Below are positions 49,901 through 62,483 of a stretch of 64,000 nt of DNA, piece by piece. How positions within the stretch are numbered: the stretch's first letter is position 1; each line of letters starts with the position of its first letter. This DNA is from Intoshia linei (taxonomy: Eukaryota > Animalia > Orthonectida), in NCBI GenBank assembly GCA_001642005.1, contig LWCA01000059.1, positions 1,238-65,237 of the forward strand, read 5' to 3'. The notes below the pieces were generated by a model. It was not told the origin of the DNA and made no database searches. It saw only the letters and a list, made by a program, of their open reading frames with translations. Made by a program: the position numbers and the translations under genes.

Positions 49901-51360
49901 TTTAAAACATTTTTTCGATTAATCGATTAACCCTTAGACATTTTGATTGTTTTTTACATGATCTACACACCAGATAAATTTTCTCAAAATGTCAAAAATT
50001 AATTTTAAAATATTGTCAAACGTATGTATACATTGTATAACAATAGTAATACACAGAGCCGTCTTAAGCCACTTCGGGGCCTTTAAAATTTCGAGCGAAG
50101 CGATAAAAAAAATTAAGTCCCCTGTTTAGAAGACAGAGCATACTGTTGGTTGGAGACTTAGAGTTTTATTTTATTGAGTATTAGTAAAAGCATTAAAAGA
50201 TATTATGTGAATTTCTAGTAACTTTTATTTATTTTACAAAAACCTACTAACATTAATTAATAAACAAAGTTTACTTTTTCATTTGAAAATATGCACCATG
50301 CGTCACAAAAAACTCTTGATAATTCTTCACAAATGTTGTTTTCTCACTTTTTTCTGAGAGAAATCAAATATGATATTATCAAAACTGATATCATTCTCAA
50401 TTGACATTAAGGAGAGCGCATTCAAACGAGGTTGAGCTAAGCAATTTCGAAGTTCATTCTTAATTATTTTTAGTTTAGAAAAAGTTCAAACTTCAATAAA
50501 CTTCAAAACTTATAAACTGATTCTTAAGATATAAATGTGAAGTATTTTTTAATAAATTGGGGCCTCTTTTTAAGATATAAATGTAAGTACTTTTATTAAT
50601 TTGGGCCCTTTTTAATGAGGGACCCATATTGCCCATGCCTTAAAACGGATCTGGTAATACATTAATATACATAAACTTATTGAAAAACATAACATTTTTG
50701 TGTCGCATATACATTTATTTGCATTTTGAAGTCTAAGGATTAATCGGTTGCAAGTTAACCGGAATTATTCGAAAATAGTATTTTAATTTTTCAAATAATC
50801 GATACTCCCCAGTGGGCACTGCGTAATCTGATAAATACTATTTTAATTATTGTTTTTCAGCGTACAAATGTAATTATAATTTATAAAAAAAGTTGGTAAC
50901 TAAACTTTATACCTACCTTCGAATCTTTGACACCGGGAGTTGGTGATCATGAAAAATAAAAAATGTTCAATATATTTAAAAATACATACATGTATATCAA
51001 TTTCTATTTACAAGATAATGATATCATCACACAATTGTAAACAGAAACCGTTATAGATATTTAAAGATATCTAAAATTTTATACCACTAATAATTTTGCA
51101 ATCGTATGTGTTTATCAAGTCCTCGTATCTAATTCTATTTTAATATAATAATATATAATATAATAATAACAACACTATATTAAAAAAATACAAATATTTA
51201 TGAGCATCTCCTCGTAGAATCATGGAATTTGGATTTAGATCATATCTAGATAATTTTATATAAAAAAATTATACTGTTACTTTTCTAAAAATTCTTGATC
51301 TACATGAGCACTTACATCCATCAACGCATGTCCAAAAGAAAATATAGCTTTGTTCAACAT
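46943..51360 (-). CDS. ADK: Adenosine kinase, tandem copy 3 (most divergent)
   Basis: FSFGHALMDVSAHVD, GGSALN, SIGND, TGNCC, RSLATDLGA, GNKE|E, DTNGAGDAFMGG; ~3-kb intron ~48019-51083. Confidence 0.88.
48218..48827. mobile_element. Tc1/pogo-like MITE
   Basis: Perfect ~30-bp TIR CAGTGTTAGAGTTATAATGTTCTATCTGCA. Confidence 0.85.
48900..49400 (-). mobile_element. Buster/Charlie hAT transposase N-terminal remnant
   Basis: NSTKPSRL..KH, YHVAYMINKQKKSHTI..TLIKP, FILQLDESTD; paralogous to 60855-61115. Confidence 0.8.
49931..50739. mobile_element. piggyBac-type MITE
   Basis: TTAA|CCCTTAGAC ... GTCTAAGGA|TTAA. Confidence 0.7.
50054..50653. mobile_element. hAT (Tip100/ZMYM-like) non-autonomous element, family B copy 1
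   Basis: CAGAGCCGTCTTAAG...CTTAAAACGGATCTG, perfect TSD GTAATACA; minus strand FSKLKIIKNELRNCLAQPRLNALSLMSIEND. Confidence 0.9.
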
Positions 51361-54300
51361 TTATAGTTTAATACTAAAGTTGAGAGTGAAAATTTATTTA
51401 CCAGTATAATGAAAATGTTTATTTGATCTAATCTCATCTTTAACTATGAAAATAATTTTGATATTTAAACTAGATTTAACATTGAAAAATATTTATTCAA
51501 ACGAGTTTATAGTTTTCGAGTGATTGCCACTCTGTGTCGATGTAGTTTACATAACTTTGAAAATTCAAAATACATGTACTTTGTGTAATAATAATCGAAA
51601 CATTACTGTATAGAAAAAAAACATTTACATTTGTAAATTAAATCAGGCTGATTCATAGTGAGTCCACGGTACAAAAATTTGTGGATTCATAAAATAAATT
51701 AATAAAAATTTTAACTTATTTATTTGTGCAATTTTTAGTCAGTTAGTTTAATAATAAAAGATAATAATTTTTTAATAAATATATGCTATTGCGGCTATCA
51801 AAACATTTTTTAGATAGAATACTACATTTTGTTGTTAATTAAATTATACATATCAAAGTAACTATCTTTTTAATTTTAGCTTACTAATCGTATGCGTCAT
51901 ACCCTACAAAGCTACCGTAATTTTTTTATTTTACAAGTGGTTCACTGTCAAAAAAATTTCAAACCCACTCATTTAAATAATGAACTAGAAATTATATTGT
52001 TAATATCATGGAAGAAATGATTTATTTATTTACGGTTTTACAGTAAATAAGATTTTCGTTGCATTATTTTGTGATAATTCGATCTTGGAAATTAGAAATG
52101 AAATATTTTAATATATGGTTTTGTATCCATTGTGTAAGATTTATGTTTTTTAAATTAACGTCCGAATGATACAACTAGAATTTTAATTTGATATGATATA
52201 TTATTTTTTATATTTTTTTTTAACTGAAATTGACAATTTATTTAATAAATTTATTGTCAGTAGATTATTTATTAGTAATTACAGCATATATTTACACATA
52301 AAAAATTTACTGCTTTTAACCCTAATATGTTTATACAAAGTTTTCCCTCAATGTTTTGATGCGACGGACCAATAAGATATGATATATATAAGGGTGTTTC
52401 ATTAAATCAAACTATGTAAAAATTTAAATTAAATTAGGTTTCATTTGGTATAGAAATCACTATGCCAAAAAACATTTTCCATACAAATTCGGTTTAAAGT
52501 GTCGCAGGTCATTTTTATAACCTCATACATAAATGTTAGATAAAAAATAAAACTGAACTTTATTGCCTAAACCACTGGAATTTATTGGTAACTAAGTTTA
52601 ACCGTGCTATCATATTAATTAGTCTGCTCCCACTATATATTTTAAATTTTTAAATTACGTTGTAGCTTAATTATTTTGATTTTTAAACGTCTTTTAAAAT
52701 ATCAAAAAAAACCAAAATATAAATATTTGTAATTAATATTGGGTTTTTCTCATTTTTAAAAATTAAGTAACTGCAACAGTTTCAGGTTACAAGTGATAAT
52801 GTTTTTGACAAGATTACTTAATAACGGTGGAACTAGTAATTTTAAAGTTTAATGAAATACCGCAGGATATTTTTATTATGATAAATAAGTTAAAAACACC
52901 CTGCGCAACTTGATTAGTGGTTAAAAATAATTTTGTTTCTGGTTTTAAGTATTACCGTGAAAAACTTTATAGCTTCTTACCCAAAATTGTTTGCAATGAC
53001 AAAATTTGTACAAATATGAAATACCCTAATACAATCAAAATCTCATTTAACGAATGTCGAAATTTTATTTTCTATATAAATGCCTAAATATCTGATATTT
53101 AACCGAATTTTTGATTAACGAACGCGTAAATTCAATATTATTTTATTTTTTTAATAGTTTTTTACTATATTGTTATAGTTTTATGGCTTTGAATATTAGA
53201 TCGTCTCTTTTAAGAAGTCATGAATGTTTTTATATATATAAAATTACAATAAATTATCAATGTCAGATATTATTATAAAAAGTTTAATTATATGTTCATA
53301 TTAAATATAATTTTGATAAATTTAAGACACGTGTGCAGCAGCACATTTCTAATAGTTATATTTCTAATATTTTCGTTAAATTCATTTAACGAATACGCCA
53401 TTTTAACGTTTTTCCATTGTAGCGATATTAATTGTATAAACGAACTGATATGAGGTTATACAAGATTGTGTTCGAAGAATTTAATATTAATTATACACTA
53501 ACTTTATGTTTATATTATATTACACTATAGTGATTATCACTACAGCCATTATCGTTAAATGAGATTTTGACTGTATATTATGAATACAACTTTATATTAA
53601 AATACCATGGATATAAATAGTAACAGTTATACTTAGTACCAATGACCAAAAAATTACAATAATAATTAATGTTTTATTTCATTTTAAATAAATAAATTGT
53701 AATGTTTTGGTGCTTGAATGTCTTCGATATTAAGCGAAACTTATTACAAATAATTTCAAGACAATTTGACGTAACTGTTTAATACAAAATCATAAAGTGA
53801 GCGACAACTTGCTCACTTGATTACAACCATAACAACTAAACTGGTACAACACTACAAAAATAAAAAATCAAAGAAAATCAGGTGTGCTTTATATAGGAAT
53901 ATAAAATTTGCGTGTGACACTCCATTTGTTGTGAAAAATTTTTTTTTTGATTATGTGGGCATGATCAAAACTTCACAACTTGTGACTTAAAGTTGTTACC
54001 AATGACAAAATGTTCCAAATTTTGAAACACCATAATGTATATGTAATGATGTGGACTCTAACAGAGGCAAAAGTTCAGGGTGAAATGAATAAATACAATA
54101 CTAAAGTGGTTCTTAATCGCGGCGTCGTTAAAAATATTTTGGAGTAGCGTGATTTTACTCAATTTTTTTATAATTTTAAATGTATACATTTCTATAAACA
54201 CATAGAAATCTCTATTAGAGTATTTATCTCAAATGTTTGGACTAGATTTACTTTACATTAATAATGTAATACTGGATTTACTACAGTGCCAAAAACAACA

Positions 54301-54420
54301 CCAAAATTTGAAGATCAAAGTCAGATAAAAAAAGTTTATCATGTATCAAATTTTTATCATTTCATTAATTGTATAATTTGAATTTTACATTTATTTATAA
54401 CTCAAACTTGTGATGTTGGT

Positions 54421-54960
54421 CAGAGCCGTCTTAAGCAATTTAGTGGCTGTAGACTAAGCAAAGGGCCGGAGGCCCTTTACAATTTAAATAGCGAAGTCAT
54501 CAAAAAAATTTAGGGCCCCTTTTTAGAAGACAGGGGATACTGTTTGTTGGAGACTTATTTCATTGAGTATTAATAAAAGCATGACAAGATATTATGTAGG
54601 TTTCTAGTAACTTTTATTACTACTTTACAACTTACCTACTTTCTTTTTTGAATGTTCACTTAATAGAAAGGTTTTAATGTTTAATATTATCATTTGAAAC
54701 AGTTTTTATGACAATATCACATGATGAACATTGTAGAATATATTTTAAATCGAATAATAACCAGAACTTTAATTCTTTAAACTATTTTCTTTCTAGCTAT
54801 TTGAATTCCCACACTTCAAAACTTATAAAATGTTTTTTAAGATATAAATGTAAAGTATTTTTTAATAATTCGGCCTCGTTTTAAGATATAAATATAAAGT
54901 ACTTTTATTAATTTGGGGGCCTTTTTTAATGAGTGGCCCTGATCTACAGCCCATATTGCT
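54421..54960. mobile_element. Family B copy 2 (right end eroded)
   Basis: Same CAGAGCCGTCTTAAGC start and TTAGAAGACAG / TAAGATATAAATGT blocks as 50054-50653. Confidence 0.8.
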
Positions 54961-55449
54961 CGTGTGGGATCAGTCGTCATAAAAGTTGAAGAAGTCTGCA
55001 GTATTGATTTTAATACACATTTTTAAATTTACATAAATTATAAATATCAATAAACAGATAATATAAATAAATAAGGTATAATGACTAGAGTGGACACAAT
55101 TTTCATAGTAAATTTTTTTTTTACATTTTCTGATAGGCCCTTCGATAATTTTGTTCATTTTATGAATACATACACACATGCCAAATTTTACATAAAAAAA
55201 TAACATCATATAAGTGCTCAATGACGTGCAAAGCTAAAAAATTAGACATTTTGGTCAAAAAATTGGCATAAATGGTCATATATATTTGTTTACTAATATT
55301 CTCTAATGGGCCATTCTCTAATTTTATTCTTCTGATTCATACGTATGTCTATGCAAAATTTTAGGAAGCAAGATTAATTTTAATGTAGTGCTCAAGTTGG
55401 TTTTAAGTTTACCCAGCTTTATTAATTTAAATTATAAAGTTTTGTTTGA

Positions 55450-55585
55450 AATGCACGTATTAACAAAATCCGCGGATTATATTTGGATAATAGGCAATGT
55501 GATGGAAGATTTTTGTAAATATAACTTCCCAACATTACGGGACGTATTGAAGGTTTATTTTTATCATAGAAAAAAGGAATATGGG
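55450..55585 (+). mobile_element. Possible hATm transposase N-terminal remnant
   Basis: IWIIGN.....NFPTLRDVLKVYFYH resembles the start of hATm transposases; CACCCTA end nearby (~55891). Confidence 0.35.
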
Positions 55586-57051
55586 GGTTTTTTAATTAGG
55601 CACACCTAAAAACCTTTGGTAATAATTTAAACACAATAGTTTTCGCCAAACTGAACGTCTCCGTAATCAATATTATTTTAAATATGGTAAAACTAAGATA
55701 AACCCTCGGTATATTTTACTCATAGATAGTTATATATACAAATCGTATACTAAAATTCAGTATCCTTGAGCACTCTCGCAGAGTTTTCAAATTTTGTTAA
55801 AATTTTGTATTTTAAGTTAACTTAAGAAAACGAAACTTTCTGGCTAATGGCCCATAAGAAATTCAAAAATATTGAAATTGTGTTCACCCTAATGATGACC
55901 GTTGGCACATGTCAATGAAATCTTAATTGAGTAGACTTTTAAGTGTATATCACTGTATATCAAAGCATTTTCTATTAATTTATTTTCGTTGAAACCTATT
56001 TGAGAAGCATTACTAAATGATTGAAATTTACCAAATACTAAGTACAAGTTTAATGTAATTGATACATGAAACTAAATTCACGTACATGAACATTGAAATC
56101 TTTTTTTAAGAATAGGCAAAATTTAACCTTTTTTATGATTTCGATTCTCTACATTTTTTTGAGAAATTATTCCAGATGATATAAATATAAAATTTCAATC
56201 CCAGAATCTACGCATTCCCGGTTAAAAATAATTTTTAATATATTTTCAACCATTATTTTTCAAATATTTGCATTAAAATAAAAATTGATCCTACATTTTC
56301 AAAAAAGATGTGCATTGAACATCTACACATTTCCAATAAAAAAATATGGGTGAAAATCTATATAATCATTCTTTTGAATTTTTTTCATTGCTACGCAATT
56401 TTTATATCTAAAATTCTCATTTTCAAAACATTTTGTTTAAAATTTAAATTAAAACTACAACGAATTACTAAAAGTAATCCAACTTTATTATTATCATTTT
56501 TATATTAATTACAGTTCTTTGCAATATTTGTAAAATTCACCTAAAATATGTTTATAAAGTGAAGATTCCGTTAATTATTGATACATAATTGGTATTTTTC
56601 GAATTATTGTCATAATTCTGGAATTTATGAAAGGGTTAAATCGAAACTTTTACATTAAGTTTGACGTGGTGGCTTCAATGGCGTAATTAAAAAAAGTATT
56701 AATTTGAAACATATTTATGGCGAATTACCAGTGCCGAACCTATATATAGGCCTATAAATGAATATTTCTGCATACTAAAAAGTATAGATAAAAGTTTTAT
56801 GCGATCGAAGTTTGGCCCCTGCAATATAATAAAATACATGTATATTCAATGAATATTATTCATATAATGAAATTAGTTTATTAAATTAAATCTTTAAAAT
56901 TTCACCAAAACCTCAAAATAAATAATTTAAATCTGGTTTCATAATATATTAATTAAATAAACAAAATTGGCATATGCTCATAATATAATGCAGCCATTTA
57001 GATTTTAAATTAAAAAACAAATTAATTACGGAAAATGGATAATTTATTTAA

Positions 57052-59217
57052 TTACAACTTATTGTAGATACGACTTCCAAATAAAATTGTACCGAGACGG
57101 ACTATATCGCTCCCATGTTTTATCTAAACATAAATGATCATTGTAATAATCTAATTACAGCATTTTCATAATCATTTGACATTCCCATACTCAATAGAAC
57201 ACCAATATCTCCCATTTGATGGTATATATCTTTTCGTAGATTAGCCAGTGTCTAAATAAAGGAAAAATTGAAACGAGATATTTATATAACTGCAAAATCA
57301 TTGTTTTCAGAATTTTTTTTTATTCCAATAGTCATAAGGCCACTAAATTCCAAATTACCGCAATCACTTTGAATATATTTAATGATGTCAAATACATCAC
57401 TCTCAATGCACCCAGATTTAACTAAAATTAAGTTATGATGTAATATATCGATATAACAAGTTTCATGAGAAGTATTGACTTGAATCAAAACATTTATTTT
57501 CTTTTCGAAACAATCATTATTTGAACTGTCCTTTAAATATTGAATCCTAGAATTGATTTTCAGAGCAATTGCATGGTTGTGAATAGATTGTATCATTTTT
57601 AAATTTTTACAATCTATAAAAAATATGAAATCAGGATCAATATACATTTATACTTGTATAATTTTGTTAAAAATTGTAAACAAAAATGGACACTGTAAAT
57701 TTTAAAAACTGATGAGTAAATTATAATATTATGTTACACATAACTATAAAAACTGAAACCAACCTGTTTTACAAATTTTCGAATTTCGGACATTGTGAGT
57801 CAAAAAAATTTGTAATTATTTAAAACAAAATTTTAAAATTACTTAGCAGTTTATTGACTTTATTGGATTGAAGATGACCAACAAAATGCCATCGTATATT
57901 GGGACAATAAGATAAAATCTAAAAAATATACAAGAAATTAAATTAAATTACCAATTCATTCGTTGATTTTTCATACAACTCATCTACCTATTTAACCAAT
58001 ATAGTTCATGTTTCATGGGTTTAAAAATTACATAATTTTCACCAAAATCGCGATGACCAAATGCATATGCACATATTATTTTATCTATAGTTTGTTTCTT
58101 TGATACAGCTAGAATAATAACGTTGGTGGACTAGAAATAGATACAATATATATTTTTTCATATTAGTTTGAGAAGCGTTGTCTATCGTTCATTATTGAAA
58201 AAATGATAATGGTAAATACCTATTGTAGTGAGTCCTTGTAATATACCTTAACGCGATCCGTAGGTTACAACAATGTAGAAATTACAACAATTAAAAAATG
58301 TCATGTTGATGTTTTCAGCTTTAGTAATTATGTTCTCAGTAATGCAGTATAGTAATTTATTTATTTTGTAAAATTGTAAGGGTTCTCGAATTAATATTTG
58401 ATGAATGTTATGTTAATGAAAAACAATATTTTAATTCGCATTTACATATTTATATTGTATATGCATATTTATTTCACTCAGTTCAATATATAAGATGCAA
58501 TTCTGTCTATAGTTGAGACAGTACACTATAATGACAGTAGTTGTCATAAATCACACAATTTTATAAAAATTTTCTTGTGCTCTGACTTAGAACTTCGATA
58601 GTCAGTTCTGTAATGAAGGTAATCACTTGTATATAAATTTAATTTCAAAACATTAATTTTATTCATAAAATGTATCATTAAAATGTAATTAAATGGAAAA
58701 TAAGAACGCAGTAAATACAATGTAATTGTAATTGAATTTGATATGTACTATAAATCGATAATACGAATATATACTGTTATAAATGTTTGTCTCACATTTT
58801 TGTTTTACATTTCAATGCGTTTAATTTTAATTTTTCAAACTTGCCATCAATTTCCTTAAAATTCATTAATTTTTTTCCTTTTATAACGGGGAGATATTTT
58901 ATGATAATATGCATGTCATGAATACTATATTTTAATTCCTAGTCAAATAAAAATTAGAGATTATTGCATGGGTTAATGATTATAATATGAAAAAACCCCT
59001 ACGTATCTTTTGGTTAAAAAAATATATTTATGAATACCTTTTCTTTGTTATTCATAGTTATCTTTTGTATATTTTCAGTTACTTTGTAGAAAGAGTTATA
59101 AATATCATTTTTTAGTTTGGTTTCAATATTGTATTCAGGTAATTTAAATTCAGGATAATTATTTTTTTGAACTTTTTCGGAATTTAAATCCAAATCCAAA
59201 TTTTCATATTGATTCAT
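57052..59217 (-). CDS. PLPBP: Pyridoxal phosphate homeostasis protein (PROSC/YggS)
   Basis: Exon 1 59038-59217 splices in frame to [12 protein letters not shown]; FGENY|[46 protein letters not shown]. Confidence 0.92.
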
Positions 59218-60121
59218 GGTTAAAATTTGAAATTCAAATAGAAAATATACATTTTCATATTAAATTTGACATGTATAACTACTATAACAACATATTAACG
59301 TAATAGGTTTAAATACCTGGTTGCTTCAGGTTGGTTCCAAAGAAAATAGATTCAATTAAATTTTTGTTTGTTATACACATTCTCTATACGTCTTTGAAAA
59401 AAACTAGTCCAAATAAGCAAACAATGCTATATTTTTAGTTTTTAGTTCATCCTTTATACACAAATCCATATAAATTTGTATTACTTTTTCTGTAATTCAC
59501 TTACAGTACAAAAATATATAAACTTAATTAGTAGATATAGTAATATTTATATTATAGTTGCAATTATTGATATTAATACTCCATGTTAATATTATCCACA
59601 ATAACTGATAATTTTAATTATTTTTTGATTCTAGAAATACAATTCTAGCTTTCCAAATATATTTAAACCTTTACTGATATAAAATGGAATGTTTGTGTGT
59701 GTTTCCCTTTATTAAAAAACTAACTGTCGTAGCATTTATATTAGAAAAATATAAATTCTGGGATTCCTTCTAAAATTATTTTCGTACACCTCAGCCTCAA
59801 AAACGCATACTTTCATTATCAAAACCAAAATTACTCTTTGTTTTAAAAATAGTTAAAATTAAAAAATAAAAAACATTGAACGTCCACATCAGATGTGGGG
59901 AAAGTGCGGCCTTATTGACGATTTGGTGCTGCCTTCTGAACAATTGAATTATTTTTAAAATATTAATTATTGGTAAAAGCAGTTTTTTTCCTTAAGGGTT
60001 GGTAAAATTTTGGTTTTTTCTAATAAGATGCTTCTAAATTGAATAAAATAAGCTAAAAAATTATCTTACCCCAATTAACTAAAATTTTAGTATTCACCAC
60101 CTAATAAACTATTCACTAGGG

Positions 60122-61514
60122 CGGTCGTTCTTAATTTTTTTGTCCTATGCACCCCCAAATATTGATCTTAATGACTGTGCACCCCTGATTAAATATACAA
60201 TAATAATATTTAATAATTAGTACAATATGAATTATAAATAAAGTGTTAACTAGTTACTTAAATTAAACGGATACAATTTAAGAATTAAAGCTGATTTGAT
60301 CATAATAATGGTCGTGGAGAGCCAGCAAAAAGCCCGGCACGATGGAAAGTATAAACCCCTATAAAAAATTTTTTAAAAAAAAACCTTTATATATTAATTA
60401 ATCGAACGTTCATTATCTAAAAATTGAAAATAACCATTAAAAATCGTATTGATTATTGAAAATATGATATACTTAAGAAAATTTTCATCAATATATATTA
60501 ATAAATTAAAAAAGTAGGCCCTCATGATTGTAGACACGGGACATATGACCCTCTCAATGACCATGTCTGTACTTACTTCAAACCTTTATAAAAATAAAGA
60601 CATGTCAACTATCATATCCACTAAAAGTTTTGTAAGTACTACTGCAATATCCAGTAGATATATTATCTATTTTCCATTGAAAAATATCGGAAAATGTAGT
60701 AGCCCTGGTCATACCACCAAATTCATTAATCAAAAATAGAATATTCAAATATAATGTTAAAAACTCAGAAAATAAACGAATTAAGTAGTAGTAGAAAACT
60801 TTTACATAACAATTGAACAAATTTATTTACATAAATTTTAATAGGATCGTTATTGTTGATCAACGTTTCCGATGGTATGATGCTTTTTTTGTTTAAAAAA
60901 CATGTAAGCAACATGATATTATGCCTCTACAAATTTGTTACATTGAGAAGAAATGATAAATTGTCAACTGTTCCACTTATATCAAAATGTCTTATTTTTC
61001 GAGAGATAACTTCCATACTGTCAATGAGGTTTGAGTGTTTTATATTCTCATGATTACGTAGGAGGTTTGGCTTTATGCTATTATTTCATAAAACGCCGAA
61101 AAGTAAATGCACTGAGGTTTTTCGGTTTTATCTGCATCATTACGACAGGTATAACTAAATTCTACGTAACTGTTATTTTATTGTCTTTTTTTAGACATCC
61201 TTAGAGAAGGTTAAAAACTCGATGAATATGTTATATGCTAATGATAATTTATATATTAAAATACACAATTTGTATACCTTAAAAAAGTTAAAATATAAAT
61301 TAATTTGATTATTAAATGATTGTGAATAAATTCAATGAGCGTTAATTATTAACTTAACTTAATAAGTATAAATTTTTAGTAATTATGTATTATATCTAAT
61401 CTTTTTGTTGATAATAAAAATATCAATTATGTAATTTCATTCATTTAGAAAAAAATTGAAAATAGCTCTGTGCACCCCCAAAAATTGATTATGCACCCCG
61501 GTTATGAACCACTG
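60122..61514 (-). mobile_element. Buster-type hAT element with transposase remnant and non-transposase interior
   Basis: Perfect TSD CACTAGGG (60114-60121 / 61515-61522); ends CGGTCGTTCTTAA / TTATGAACCACTG; GCACCCC subterminal motifs. Confidence 0.85.
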
Positions 61515-61517
61515 CAC

Positions 61518-62130
61518 TAGGGTGTTAACTTTTTTTTAAATCAAAAATACAGGGTACTACAGGGTGAGAAATATACATTTCAGAGTCGTGGTATAGTTTT
61601 TTAATCTTAAATTTTGAAAAAGTCCGGCCACCCCAAGCAAGTTAGGTATTAGAAATATAATTTTTGAAACCTTAACATTTAATTTATTTTAATTGCTGTT
61701 ACCATAGTTTTTATTTTATAATTTGATTAGTATAATGCAATTGTTCCGCCTTTTTTATTGGCTGACCGGTAATAAATTGTAATATTTATCGCAGACCATT
61801 AAAGCGAAACTGCTACCTTTATAAAAAAGTTGATAAAAAACGTAATAAATTCACTTTAATTAGTAAAAAAATTTTCACAATTATTTCGCGAACTAGGTAA
61901 CAATTTTCACGGGTACCACCTCTTCAAGTTGTTCTAACAATGAGGTTTCTGAGCGTGCAATAAACAGAGTACAATACCAATGAAACAGATCCTTATTGAA
62001 GTATATTGACGATAAACTAAGTCAATACTACCATTAATAAACTGAAAAATATATAAATATATAGAAATAATAAACAATCGTTCATAATAAAATGTGTGAT
62101 TTTTCAAGATAAAAGGTGGCCGGACTTTTT
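61518..62130 (+). mobile_element. hATm-like element (TAGGGTG terminus); related start at ~506
   Basis: TAGGGTGTTAACTTTT..ATACAGGGT shared with 506-560; internal IR AAAAGTCCGGCCACC / GGTGGCCGGACTTTT; peptide NNEVSERAI. Confidence 0.55.
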
Positions 62131-62483
62131 ATCATTATATTAAAAAATTATTCAAAAATGAAAACATTTAAATATTTATTTGTATTCCAGTAGCACGTAA
62201 GTTGCGACATCTCCGACTTATCTATCTAACATCAAAAATAATTTAAGTGTCGGATAATAACGATGAATAATTCATAGTGAATTTCAGACCATGATAGGAA
62301 TAAAAAGTTCAATTGTTTGTAGTTAATGCTAAGAAACTTGTAGTTATTTGAAAGAAAAGCAATACATGTTTAGTTTCTATGTTTTGATTATAACTTTTTT
62401 TGGTATTTAAAATTACTCCAAATTATTATTTTGCTAAATAATTGAAATTTTAAAAGTTATCTATATTTTGTAAATATTAAACT

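Larger units (their letters stand above)
48073..50811. mobile_element. hAT element hosting several nested insertions (ADK3 intron)
   Basis: TAGGGAGT...ACTCCCCA ends, CGATTAATCG subterminal motifs, TSD GTGTGCAC/GTGGGCAC. Confidence 0.8.

Noticed and set aside
51400-57000. Gene-free 5.6-kb stretch with short ORFs and a possible Helitron end (~53325-53355)
   Set aside because: Only MITE ends and low-complexity ORFs; Helitron call too weak.
1526-59217. Vitamin-B6 gene cluster idea (DDC, PLPBP, PfkB kinases)
   Set aside because: Genes are 50 kb apart with unrelated genes between, and the kinases carry ADK rather than pyridoxal-kinase motifs.
59300-59800. Exon-like fragments on the minus strand upstream of PLPBP
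   Set aside because: Stops in all plausible splice combinations and no recognisable homology.
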